From the NCBI GenBank assembly GCA_964566795.1, contig CAZMIU010000001.1, forward strand, positions 214,789 through 278,788: 64,000 nucleotides of DNA, given 5' to 3'. The translations under genes were made by a program, and so were the position numbers. Below the pieces are notes generated by a model. That model was not told the origin of the DNA. It made no database searches and saw only the letters and a list, made by a program, of their open reading frames with translations. Shown here piece after piece: positions 26,564-34,477 of the stretch. Source of the stretch: an uncultured Candidatus Saccharibacteria bacterium. Lineage in GTDB: Bacteria; Patescibacteriota; Minisyncoccia; Phycocordibacterales; SBAW01. Position 1 is the stretch's first letter. Every line of letters begins with the position of its first letter.

Positions 26564-26628
26564 AATCTCCTCCTCATGGGTATCTGCACCTGGGCACAAA
26601 ATACCCTAGCCCTGCCTAAAAGTCGAGG

Positions 26629-26817
26629 TTACTTGCCCGAGCGGCCTGCGCGGTAGCCAAGCGTAAACACTGTGTACATACCCGCAAAGATAATAGCCGC
26701 CCACACCGCCACAATGAGGAGATTGGGCCCCTCCGGGTCGTTGATAAGCATAAACGAGAGCCTCGAGAGGATAACAGACGCGATGCCCAGCCCGATTAAT
26801 ATGGTCTTTTTTGACAT
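26629..26817 (-). CDS. Small two-TM membrane protein
   Basis: DPEGPNLL loop between two hydrophobic helices. Confidence 0.7.
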   Translation of the reverse strand: MSKKTILIGLGIASVILSRLSFMLINDPEGPNLLIVAVWAAIIFAGMYTVFTLGYRAGRSGK

Positions 26818-26856
26818 ATGCTCTATAACCCGAAGTATACCCGCAAGGTTCTCTAC

Positions 26857-27492
26857 TCAAAGCAAAGCCGTATAGGAGAGAGAGGCAAGGACCAGATAGG
26901 TAAAGATGGTGGTTACCTTAGATGATGAGAAGAACTTAAACGCGGTGCCCAGCGAGCGCCGGGGAGTGAACGGGTTACCGCCCAGCATATTTTCAGAATG
27001 TATCTCGTCCAGCGCCAGGTGGCTCAAAAATCCTGCCCCTACCGCCGCGGCAAACACCATAGAGAGTGTCTCGCCCTGCTCCAGATGCTTGGCGACAAGA
27101 AACACACTCAAGGAGACGATGCCCATAGCGGGTATCGAGTGCATCATCCCCCTATGCTCGGTAAAGTTTTTAAATATCGCTCCCGCGATAAACCACACAG
27201 CAAAGACCGTTGCGACCGGTGCTCCAATGAGCATGTAGAGCGTCTGGGGCGGGTGCGCAAGCAGGTAGTAGAGCACCACCCCGCCGCACGCGAGTGTAAA
27301 GGTGCCAAAAATAAGGTAAAACGGCGTGCCTGTGTCGTGGTCGAGGTCGGGCAAGAATGAGCCCATAATACTCACAACAAATAAGATACTAAGAAGGAGC
27401 GGGTCTGTCACAATTGCATAAAAGTAGAGCAGTACGACCCCCACCGCGGCGACAATCGCGCCCACGGTTATATGGTCCTTAAACATCGCCAT
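26857..27492 (-). CDS. Membrane metal-dependent hydrolase (YdjM-like)
   Basis: FKDH, LPDLD, HRGMMHS, SHLALD. Confidence 0.85.
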   Translation of the reverse strand: MAMFKDHITVGAIVAAVGVVLLYFYAIVTDPLLLSILFVVSIMGSFLPDLDHDTGTPFYLIFGTFTLACGGVVLYYLLAHPPQTLYMLIGAPVATVFAVWFIAGAIFKNFTEHRGMMHSIPAMGIVSLSVFLVAKHLEQGETLSMVFAAAVGAGFLSHLALDEIHSENMLGGNPFTPRRSLGTAFKFFSSSKVTTIFTYLVLASLSYTALL

Positions 27493-27514
27493 CCGGCTAT
27501 TTTACCCCTGTTTG

Positions 27515-27662
27515 CTGGGAGACTAGGGATCGGTCAGGAATAAATTATACGCCGTCGCGTAGAATTTTTCACGACCCTGCCTCGCTCCCAAGCGTGCTCG
27601 CTTGGGGCCCGCTCCGGCTTTCGATCCCTAGCCGTACGCAACCCCGTTGCGTACTTCTCCCA
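27515..27662 (-). repeat. tRNA-Gln-derived structured element (duplicated T-stem/acceptor end)
   Basis: 19-nt direct repeat 27514-27532 = 27683-27701; its own TGGGAGA...TCTCCCAG acceptor-like stem. Confidence 0.75.
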
Positions 27663-27683
27663 TCTTCATTACTTCGTATTCAG

Positions 27684-27754
27684 CTGGGAGACTAGGGATC
27701 GAACCTAGATTCACGGCTTCAAAGGCCGCTGTCCTACCATTAGACGATCTCCCA
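27684..27754 (-). tRNA. tRNA-Gln(TTG)
   Basis: Cloverleaf TGGGAGA..GCGGC-CTTTGAA-GCCGT..GGTTCGATCC..TCTCCCAG. Confidence 0.95.
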
Positions 27755-27869
27755 ATAAGGCCATACTATCAAATCCCCACCCACATTACAAAACAAATTT
27801 AACACCCCGACAAACTTGAGAATGTCAGGATGCTGTAATGGGTAACTTTTTAAAAAAGTCTTGGTTTTA

Positions 27870-28187
27870 ATGAGCATGACTACCAACCCGTTTTTGAACG
27901 CCCTTGCGGCTTTTGGCTATATTGTCGCCGTCGTGCTCGCCATATTTTATGCCGGACCGCTTCTTGGCGGGCCCAACGGCGAAGACACCATCTTTATCCC
28001 CATGGCCATGCTTAGCCTGTTTGTATTCTCTGCGGCAACCATGAGCTATATCGTGCTCTACCAGCCCCTGGTACTGTTTCTTGAAAATAAAAAACCGGAG
28101 GCGGCGAACCTCTTCCTTAAAACCATAGGTACTCTGGGCGTCTTTATGGTAGCCCTCTTTGTGCTCCAGCTTGTCTTTGCCCGTTAA
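27870..28187 (+). CDS. Three-TM membrane protein
   Basis: Hydrophobic ORF of about 105 aa followed by a terminator. Confidence 0.75.
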   Translation: MSMTTNPFLNALAAFGYIVAVVLAIFYAGPLLGGPNGEDTIFIPMAMLSLFVFSAATMSYIVLYQPLVLFLENKKPEAANLFLKTIGTLGVFMVALFVLQLVFAR

Positions 28188-28189
28188 AG

Positions 28190-28222
28190 AAAAAGCCCCG
28201 CAGGTTGCTGCGGGGCTTTTTT
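28190..28222. terminator. Bidirectional terminator
   Basis: AAAAAGCCCCGCAG-GTTG-CTGCGGGGCTTTTTT. Confidence 0.8.
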
Positions 28223-28227
28223 CGTAA

Positions 28228-28749
28228 TCAGAACGTATATGCAACAGGTTTGTTGCGGTCTGCCAAAAGGTCGTTGTGCCTGAATATAAACGCCCGGACA
28301 CTTCGCGCGCGCCTGGCGGTCTCCAGAAGTTCGTGCAGTTCATCCTGTTGGACAAACCGCAGGGGTCCCATCGTGTCGTCCTCGATGGCGACAGGAGCCC
28401 CGCGCTGTATGGTCACCTCGAGCGCACTTAAAGCAAGCTCGACGAGTTTCTTCCGGACATCAAGCGTCTGTGCCGCAAGCCGCTTTCTGCGCCACTCAAT
28501 GAACCAGCGGCGCCAAAAAGGCTTCTGCTCGTGTCCAGAGGCTATCCAGCGAAAGAAAGCCTCCCTGCGCATGCGCAACACCTGCATGTAGCGCACATGG
28601 CTCGTAAGCGCGGCATGGATGTCGTATATCCGCACCACCAGCACGATCCGCTTGCCGTCGAGTGCCCGCGAATAGGCCTCATGTGCAATCTGCGAAAAGC
28701 TTTGCGTCTTAACCAGCACAAACTCAAGCTGTGCAATATTGTCGGGCAT
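28228..28749 (-). CDS. Hypothetical protein
   Basis: GAGGGAGG SD before MPDNIAQ; ends at the terminator. Confidence 0.55.
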   Translation of the reverse strand: MPDNIAQLEFVLVKTQSFSQIAHEAYSRALDGKRIVLVVRIYDIHAALTSHVRYMQVLRMRREAFFRWIASGHEQKPFWRRWFIEWRRKRLAAQTLDVRKKLVELALSALEVTIQRGAPVAIEDDTMGPLRFVQQDELHELLETARRARSVRAFIFRHNDLLADRNKPVAYTF

Positions 28750-28782
28750 GTGCCCCTCCCTCGTTCCGGTCCATGGCACACC

Positions 28783-29838
28783 TTACGACAGCGTACGGTA
28801 GAGCGCAAGCTCCAGCGGGATCTGCGGCATGGGGCTGCGGGAAGTTTCCAAGAGGGCTGTGATGAGCTCTGTGAGCAGGTTTGAATTTATGGCAGCGCCG
28901 TCTTTGCCCGAGAGTTCCTTAAGCAAGGCAACGTCGTCTGCGCCAAACTGCCCCGAGAGTCCGCTCTCGGTCTTCGGAGCAAAGCGCAGCAAGAGCACAG
29001 CCCGCACTTTGGCGAGCGCGAGCAATATAAATGTCTTGGCGTCTGCTCCGCTCTCAAGCGCTGTGTGGAATGTCGAGATGGCTGTGTCCATATCTTTGGC
29101 AGAAAGCGCACGCAAAAAGGTATTGACTGTCTGCGCAGCCGGCGCGCCCACGACACGCGCCACCTCCTCCTCTGTCAGCTTCTCGTCACTGCTTATAGTG
29201 AGCACCTTTTGCAAAATACCCAGCGTATCGCGAAACGCCCCCTCGCCCATCAATGCCACAAGCTCTGCGGCGGCGGGCGTCATAGAGGCACCCTCTTTCT
29301 TAACCACATCGAGTACCAGGGCTTTAAGCACTTCGTGGCTTGGTTTTTTAAAGCTAAACACCTGGCAGCGCGAGATGATGGTCTCGGGCACCCTGTCGAG
29401 CTCGGTGGTGGCGAGCACAAACACGGCATGCGCCGGCGGCTCCTCGAGCGTCTTTAAGAAGGCACCCCAGGCGTCTTTGGTGAGCGCGTGGGCCTCGTCA
29501 ATAATGTAGAACTTGTAGGTTGAAGCAAACGGCAACGTGGAGACCCCCTCGCGCAGTGCGCGTATCTCCTCGATGCCGCGGTTTGATGCGGCATCCATTT
29601 CATAGATATCCTGCGGGTCGGTCTCAAGCGCGTTTGCCAAAATGCGCGCCATACTAGTCTTGCCGGTGCCGCGCCCGCCCGCAAAGAGATACGCATGCGC
29701 GAGCTTGCCGCTTTTGACAGCGGCCTCGAGCACGCTCACCACGTGCTCCTGCCCGCGCACCTCCTTAAAGGTCTGCGGCCGGTACGCCCGGTAGAGGCTC
29801 ACCGGAGCGCGCTCCTGAGATTCTGCCTTCTTAGCCAT
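28783..29838 (-). CDS. dnaX: DNA polymerase III gamma/tau subunit (short, no Zn module)
   Basis: LYRAYRPQTF, GGRGTGKT, EMDAASNRG, IIDEAH, LKTLEEPP, TIISRC. Confidence 0.93.
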   Translation of the reverse strand: MAKKAESQERAPVSLYRAYRPQTFKEVRGQEHVVSVLEAAVKSGKLAHAYLFAGGRGTGKTSMARILANALETDPQDIYEMDAASNRGIEEIRALREGVSTLPFASTYKFYIIDEAHALTKDAWGAFLKTLEEPPAHAVFVLATTELDRVPETIISRCQVFSFKKPSHEVLKALVLDVVKKEGASMTPAAAELVALMGEGAFRDTLGILQKVLTISSDEKLTEEEVARVVGAPAAQTVNTFLRALSAKDMDTAISTFHTALESGADAKTFILLALAKVRAVLLLRFAPKTESGLSGQFGADDVALLKELSGKDGAAINSNLLTELITALLETSRSPMPQIPLELALYRTLS

Positions 29839-29862
29839 CCTGCCCAGTATACCCTTGTGTAC

Positions 29863-30069
29863 TTATTTGCGCTTGATGACGCGCTTGGCGGTGCGGGTTA
29901 CGGCTTTGGTGGCGCGGGACGCCGCCTTGGTCGCAGGGCTTGCCTTGGTACGGGCCTTTTTAACATGGGCCCACGACTCCTTAAACCCCTTAGCCGCCTC
30001 GCCCAGCTCCTCAACTGCATCTGCGGCCGACTGCACCACCTTCTCTATGGTTCCTTTTTTTGTAGCCAT
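29863..30069 (-). CDS. Small Lys/Ala-rich basic protein
   Basis: 68 aa; C-terminal KASPATKAASRATKAVTRTAKRVIKRK; 2 nt from the dus stop. Confidence 0.65.
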   Translation of the reverse strand: MATKKGTIEKVVQSAADAVEELGEAAKGFKESWAHVKKARTKASPATKAASRATKAVTRTAKRVIKRK

Positions 30070-30071
30070 GC

Positions 30072-31070
30072 TTACAGCATGTCAGGATGTGCCTTAAGCC
30101 AGGATGAAATTGTCTCCTCCACCTCTTGTGCGTTTGTTGTCTCCATAAGTTCTGCGCGCAGCTCGCGGGCGCCGTCAAACCCCTCTACATAGGCCTTAAA
30201 GTGCTTTTTCATAATCGCAAAGCTCTTGATGTCGCCCAAAAGCTCCTCAAACAGCTTCGTGTGCTCCACGGCAATCTGCAAACGCTGTTTAACTGTTTTT
30301 GCCTCATCCAAGTTGGCAAATAACCACGGCGTGCCAAAGATGCCGCGGCCAATCATGACCCCGTCGCAGCCTGTTTCTTTAACACGCGCGTGCGCCTCCT
30401 CCAGGTTTTTGACATCGCCGTTGCCGAGTATAACAGCGCTGCTCCCTACCTCGTTGCGGATCTCGACCGCGCGCTTGACCCTGTCCCAATGCGCATCCAC
30501 CTTGCTCATCTCTTTGCGTGTGCGGGCGTGGATGGTGACCGCCGCCGGGTTGGCTAAGAGAAGTTTCCGCAGCCACTCATCTAATATGTCTTTGTTGTAG
30601 CCAAGGCGGGTCTTAACACTCACGGGGATATTGGGGCACCCACGCTTGGCCGCGGCAATAACCTCCAGAGCAATATCGGGAGTGGTAATGAGTTTAGCGC
30701 CCGCCCCCTGCTTCTCAATAGACTTGTCCGGGCACCCCATGTTGATGTCTACACCGTCAAAGCCAAGGTCCTGCGCGAGCCTCGCGGCCTTCTCCATGGT
30801 CTCTGGGTTAGAGGTAAAGAGCTGGGCCACTATCGGCCTCTCTGCCTCGCTGTACACCAGGTCGCGCATCAGTTTTGCCTTGCCCTCGGGGGTCGCGAGT
30901 ATAAGGCCGTCGGCAGACACAAACTCTGTCCATGTTACATATGATGCCCCGCCCGGCACCTTGGAGTACTTGGCGATGAGTTTACGGAAGGCCGCGTCTG
31001 TTACATTGGCCAGAGGCGCAAGCGCCATCACCGGCCGCGGTATGTTGTCCCAGAAGTTTTTCACGGGCAC
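30072..31070 (-). CDS. dus: tRNA-dihydrouridine synthase
   Basis: LAPLANVTDAAFR, TEFVS, DINMGCP, SVKTRLG, HART, GNGDV, MIGRG. Confidence 0.93.
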   Translation of the reverse strand: MPVKNFWDNIPRPVMALAPLANVTDAAFRKLIAKYSKVPGGASYVTWTEFVSADGLILATPEGKAKLMRDLVYSEAERPIVAQLFTSNPETMEKAARLAQDLGFDGVDINMGCPDKSIEKQGAGAKLITTPDIALEVIAAAKRGCPNIPVSVKTRLGYNKDILDEWLRKLLLANPAAVTIHARTRKEMSKVDAHWDRVKRAVEIRNEVGSSAVILGNGDVKNLEEAHARVKETGCDGVMIGRGIFGTPWLFANLDEAKTVKQRLQIAVEHTKLFEELLGDIKSFAIMKKHFKAYVEGFDGARELRAELMETTNAQEVEETISSWLKAHPDML

Positions 31071-31078
31071 ACTCTACA

Positions 31079-31876
31079 CTACTTTAGTTTGTAATACAGC
31101 TTGTCGCCAAAGCGCAGATCGAGATAAAGGAACTCCTCTAGTGCGTGCTCCAAAAACGGTCCGGCGGTAAGCGCCACAGAAAAGCGCTCAAACGTGTCAC
31201 CCGAGGCATCGCCGAGCGCAAACTTGAGCGTAAAGCCGTTATCAAACTCGGCCTCCACGTCGGCATGGTTGTCTATCGAGACAGTTTCAATCCTGCTGGT
31301 GGCAACCTTTTGCGAGAGTGCATCTACCAGGGAGAACAGTGCCTCAAACTGGTCGGCGTTCAGGTATTGGCGCGGGAGCTTGGCTCCTATTGTGGCACCA
31401 TGGTACTTAACAAAACTCTCTGTCTCCCCGGCCCGCGCGTACACCACGCCCTCTTGGTCCATTAAGTAGCAGTCGCTCCCCTGGCACCACAGGCTTTTTG
31501 GCTCGCGCTCTACAACCTCTACCTCGATAGTATGAAAGTCGCCCGCATGCACATCGGCCACCCTCAGCTCCGGGAAGCTTGATAAGAGCCCCTCGGCAAT
31601 TTTATCCTTGGGATATAAAAAGATATTGCGCCGCGGTATGACAAACAGATAGCGCCCCGCAATCTGGGACTCGACATAGTGCGTGATAGTCGTGGTGGCC
31701 AGCACAGAGACACCCGACACGGCAACCTGGCGGATTTGGACAAACGGAATATAAGAGATGCCTACCAGTATGGCGCACAGTATAAACAGCGCCCCAACAC
31801 AGACTAGTGCCAAGCGCACGCGGCGCCTTTTGCGCCGCGCTCTCAGTTTAGATTGTGGTAGCTCGACCCGAGCCAT
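31079..31876 (-). CDS. FtsQ/DivIB-like cell-division protein
   Basis: Basic N-terminus, TM helix, POTRA-like domain, VVEREP, YLDLRFGDKLYYK. Confidence 0.8.
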   Translation of the reverse strand: MARVELPQSKLRARRKRRRVRLALVCVGALFILCAILVGISYIPFVQIRQVAVSGVSVLATTTITHYVESQIAGRYLFVIPRRNIFLYPKDKIAEGLLSSFPELRVADVHAGDFHTIEVEVVEREPKSLWCQGSDCYLMDQEGVVYARAGETESFVKYHGATIGAKLPRQYLNADQFEALFSLVDALSQKVATSRIETVSIDNHADVEAEFDNGFTLKFALGDASGDTFERFSVALTAGPFLEHALEEFLYLDLRFGDKLYYKLK

Positions 31877-31895
31877 GTACCCAGTATAAACGACG

Positions 31896-33188
31896 TTATA
31901 CCACCACCTTCTCAAGCTTGGTCTTGCCGCCCATATAAGGACGCAGAGCCTCTGGCACGCTAATCGAGCCATCCTCCTCTTGGTAGTTTTCCATAATAGC
32001 GATGAGCGTGCGACCGATGGCGTAGGCAGTGGCATCGTTCATATGTACAGGCTCCACAGTGCCGTCTGCGCGCTTCAGGCGCGAGTTGAGGCGGCGTGCC
32101 TGATACCCGCCCATGTAGTCAGAGGTCTGAGTTTCGCGATAGGTGTTCTGGCCGGGCATCCACGACTCGATATCAAACTGGCGCTGGTCCGGGCCGCCCA
32201 TGTCGCCGGTGCAGGCAATAATGACCTGATACGGGATCTTGAGACGCTGCATAAGCTCCTCCTGCACCGCCACAAACAGCTCTTGCTCCGCGTAGCCGTC
32301 TTCCGGTTTGGCAAACGACTCCATCTCGATTTTGTCGAACTGGTGCTGACGCAAGATACCGCGCGTGTCTTTGCCCGCCGCGCCAGCCTCGCGCCTAAAC
32401 GCAGTCGAGTATCCCACATAGCGTATGGGCAGGCGGTCCTCAGCGATAACCTCATCCATATGTAGCGGCCCCAGCGTGTGTTCGGCCGAGCCCACAAGCA
32501 CCGTGTCCTCATCAAATACGTAGCGCTCATCACGGGGCTCGAGCCGCGCCATGCGGTTCATCACCTGCGGGCGCATCATAACCGGCACCACAACCGGCAC
32601 AAACGGCTTGTCCGACAGGCTGAGGCCCGCCTTCTCAATTATCTTCTTTAACTCCTCGCGCGAGGTCAAAATAGACATGCACAGCTGAATAAGTGCAAAT
32701 TGCATCAGCGCGAGGTCACCCTTTAAAAATGTAAAGCGCGCGCCGGAAATTTCTGCGGCCTTTTCGTTGTCGATAAGCCCAAGCGCTTTACCCAAGTCCC
32801 AATGCGCCTTAGGTGCAAATGTAAACTGCGGCTTCTGCCCCCATTGCCGCACCACCTGGTTGCCGGACTCGTCAGGGCCCACGGGCGTGTCGGCCGAGGG
32901 AATGTTGGGAATCTGCACGAGCAGTGAGACAAGCTCCTTCTCTACCTCGGCATATTTTTCCTCAATAGCCCTGCCCTCTTCCTTAAGGCGCTTGCCTGCC
33001 TCGCCGTCGCGGGCGGCCTGTGCCTCGCCGCGTTTTCTGTTAACCTCGCTAATGTCGCCGGCGAGCTTTTTGCGCTCATCGGCCAGGGCAACAACGCGGT
33101 CGAGGTCAACGACCCCCTCCTTGTTTTTATTCTTCATCGCCGCACGGACGATGTCGGGGTTCTCCCGTATAAATTGCACATCAAGCAT
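31896..33188 (-). CDS. serS: Seryl-tRNA synthetase
   Basis: MLDVQFIRENPD, IPNIP, FRREAG..DTRGILRQHQFDKIE, HMNDATAYAIGR. Confidence 0.96.
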   Translation of the reverse strand: MLDVQFIRENPDIVRAAMKNKNKEGVVDLDRVVALADERKKLAGDISEVNRKRGEAQAARDGEAGKRLKEEGRAIEEKYAEVEKELVSLLVQIPNIPSADTPVGPDESGNQVVRQWGQKPQFTFAPKAHWDLGKALGLIDNEKAAEISGARFTFLKGDLALMQFALIQLCMSILTSREELKKIIEKAGLSLSDKPFVPVVVPVMMRPQVMNRMARLEPRDERYVFDEDTVLVGSAEHTLGPLHMDEVIAEDRLPIRYVGYSTAFRREAGAAGKDTRGILRQHQFDKIEMESFAKPEDGYAEQELFVAVQEELMQRLKIPYQVIIACTGDMGGPDQRQFDIESWMPGQNTYRETQTSDYMGGYQARRLNSRLKRADGTVEPVHMNDATAYAIGRTLIAIMENYQEEDGSISVPEALRPYMGGKTKLEKVVV

Positions 33189-33211
33189 AGAGCGTGTAAA
33201 ACAATCGTACA

Positions 33212-34081
33212 ATGCAATTCCCTATCCGCCAACTGGCGCACAGCGAATACCCGCCGCTCCTCAAAGAGATCCCGGGCAAGGACTACCCGACTCATTTATA
33301 TATACGCGGGGCTCTGCCTGACCCCGGGGTCACCTACCTGTGCGTTGTCGGCTCGCGCGCCACGAGCGTGTATGGCCGCCGGGTTACCCAGAGCCTTATC
33401 GCCGGGCTTGCGGGGTATCCCGTGGCAATAGTCTCTGGCATGGCGCTTGGTATTGATGGCGAGGCGCACAAGGCCGCTCTCGATGTGGGGCTCCCAACCG
33501 TGGCAGTACTCCCCTCATCACTCGACGAGAAGAGCATGTACCCTAGCACCAACAAAGCGCTCGCGCAGCGCATACTCTCGCACGGTGGTGCACTGATAAG
33601 CGAGTACCTAGAGCCGCACAAGGCAGCCATACACGACTTCCCCAAGCGCAACCGTATCGCCGCAGGCATGTCTGTTGCCGCACTTATAATAGAGGCGGGA
33701 GAAAAGTCGGGCACGCTTATCACAGCCCGCCTCGCACTCGACTACAACCGCGAGGTGCTGGCAGTGCCGCACGAACTCGGTAAAGAAACTGGCGCCGGTG
33801 TAAACCGCCTCATCAGAGAGGGTGCCACGCTTGTGAGAAGTTCAAACGATATTTTAGAAGTCCTCGGATTTACACCAATTGAGAAGCCCACTCAGGGGAT
33901 ACTCCCCGCCGATTTAAACGAGACCGAGGCGGCAGTACTTGGGGTTATCAATGGACCAACAGAAAGAGACTCACTTATAGAGGAGGCGGGGCTCACTGCT
34001 CAAGAGGCCAATATCGCGCTCTCCTCGCTGCTCCTCAGAGGTCTTATAGTAGAGCGTCTGGGCAAGATTGAGCGGGCATAG
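33212..34081 (+). CDS. dprA: DNA-protecting protein DprA
   Basis: VVGSR, IVSGMALGIDGEAH, FPKRNRIAAG, SGTLITA. Confidence 0.95.
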   Translation: MQFPIRQLAHSEYPPLLKEIPGKDYPTHLYIRGALPDPGVTYLCVVGSRATSVYGRRVTQSLIAGLAGYPVAIVSGMALGIDGEAHKAALDVGLPTVAVLPSSLDEKSMYPSTNKALAQRILSHGGALISEYLEPHKAAIHDFPKRNRIAAGMSVAALIIEAGEKSGTLITARLALDYNREVLAVPHELGKETGAGVNRLIREGATLVRSSNDILEVLGFTPIEKPTQGILPADLNETEAAVLGVINGPTERDSLIEEAGLTAQEANIALSSLLLRGLIVERLGKIERA

Positions 34082-34139
34082 TTGACATGTCGCCTTTTGA
34101 GGCGTAGCGTATATAGTGGTACTGGAAAGGGGTGCACAC

Positions 34140-34331
34140 ATGAGCCTATACGTTTCTGACGAACACGGACTGGGGACTTTTGACATGGCGCTGGTGGTCT
34201 TGGCCACCATATCGATCGAGGAGTACCTCGAACGCAATCGAAAGATTGCGAAGCGCTTTTGCGATCGGCGTCAGCGTACAAGACCCCGCTTCAACGAATC
34301 TCGTTGGACACTGCCTCAGAAGGAGCGTTAG
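34140..34331 (+). CDS. Small hypothetical protein
   Basis: TTGACA at 34082, purine-rich SD-like run, own terminator 34357-34386. Confidence 0.4.
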   Translation: MSLYVSDEHGLGTFDMALVVLATISIEEYLERNRKIAKRFCDRRQRTRPRFNESRWTLPQKER

Positions 34332-34477
34332 CACTGTGTAGCAGTTGCGTTTGAGTAAGCCCCGCACGTTCTGTGCGGGGCTTTTCTTTCCTCCACCGAT
34401 TTGACATATGGTACTGTAGTACGGTATCACTCTCTCTTGTGCGCGCACCGCGTTCAAAAGAGCCTCATTCATACTCA

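Noticed and set aside
27514-27701. attL/attR of a prophage or genomic island at tRNA-Gln
   Set aside because: The repeats are only 169 nt apart with no integrase or cargo; reported as a structured element instead
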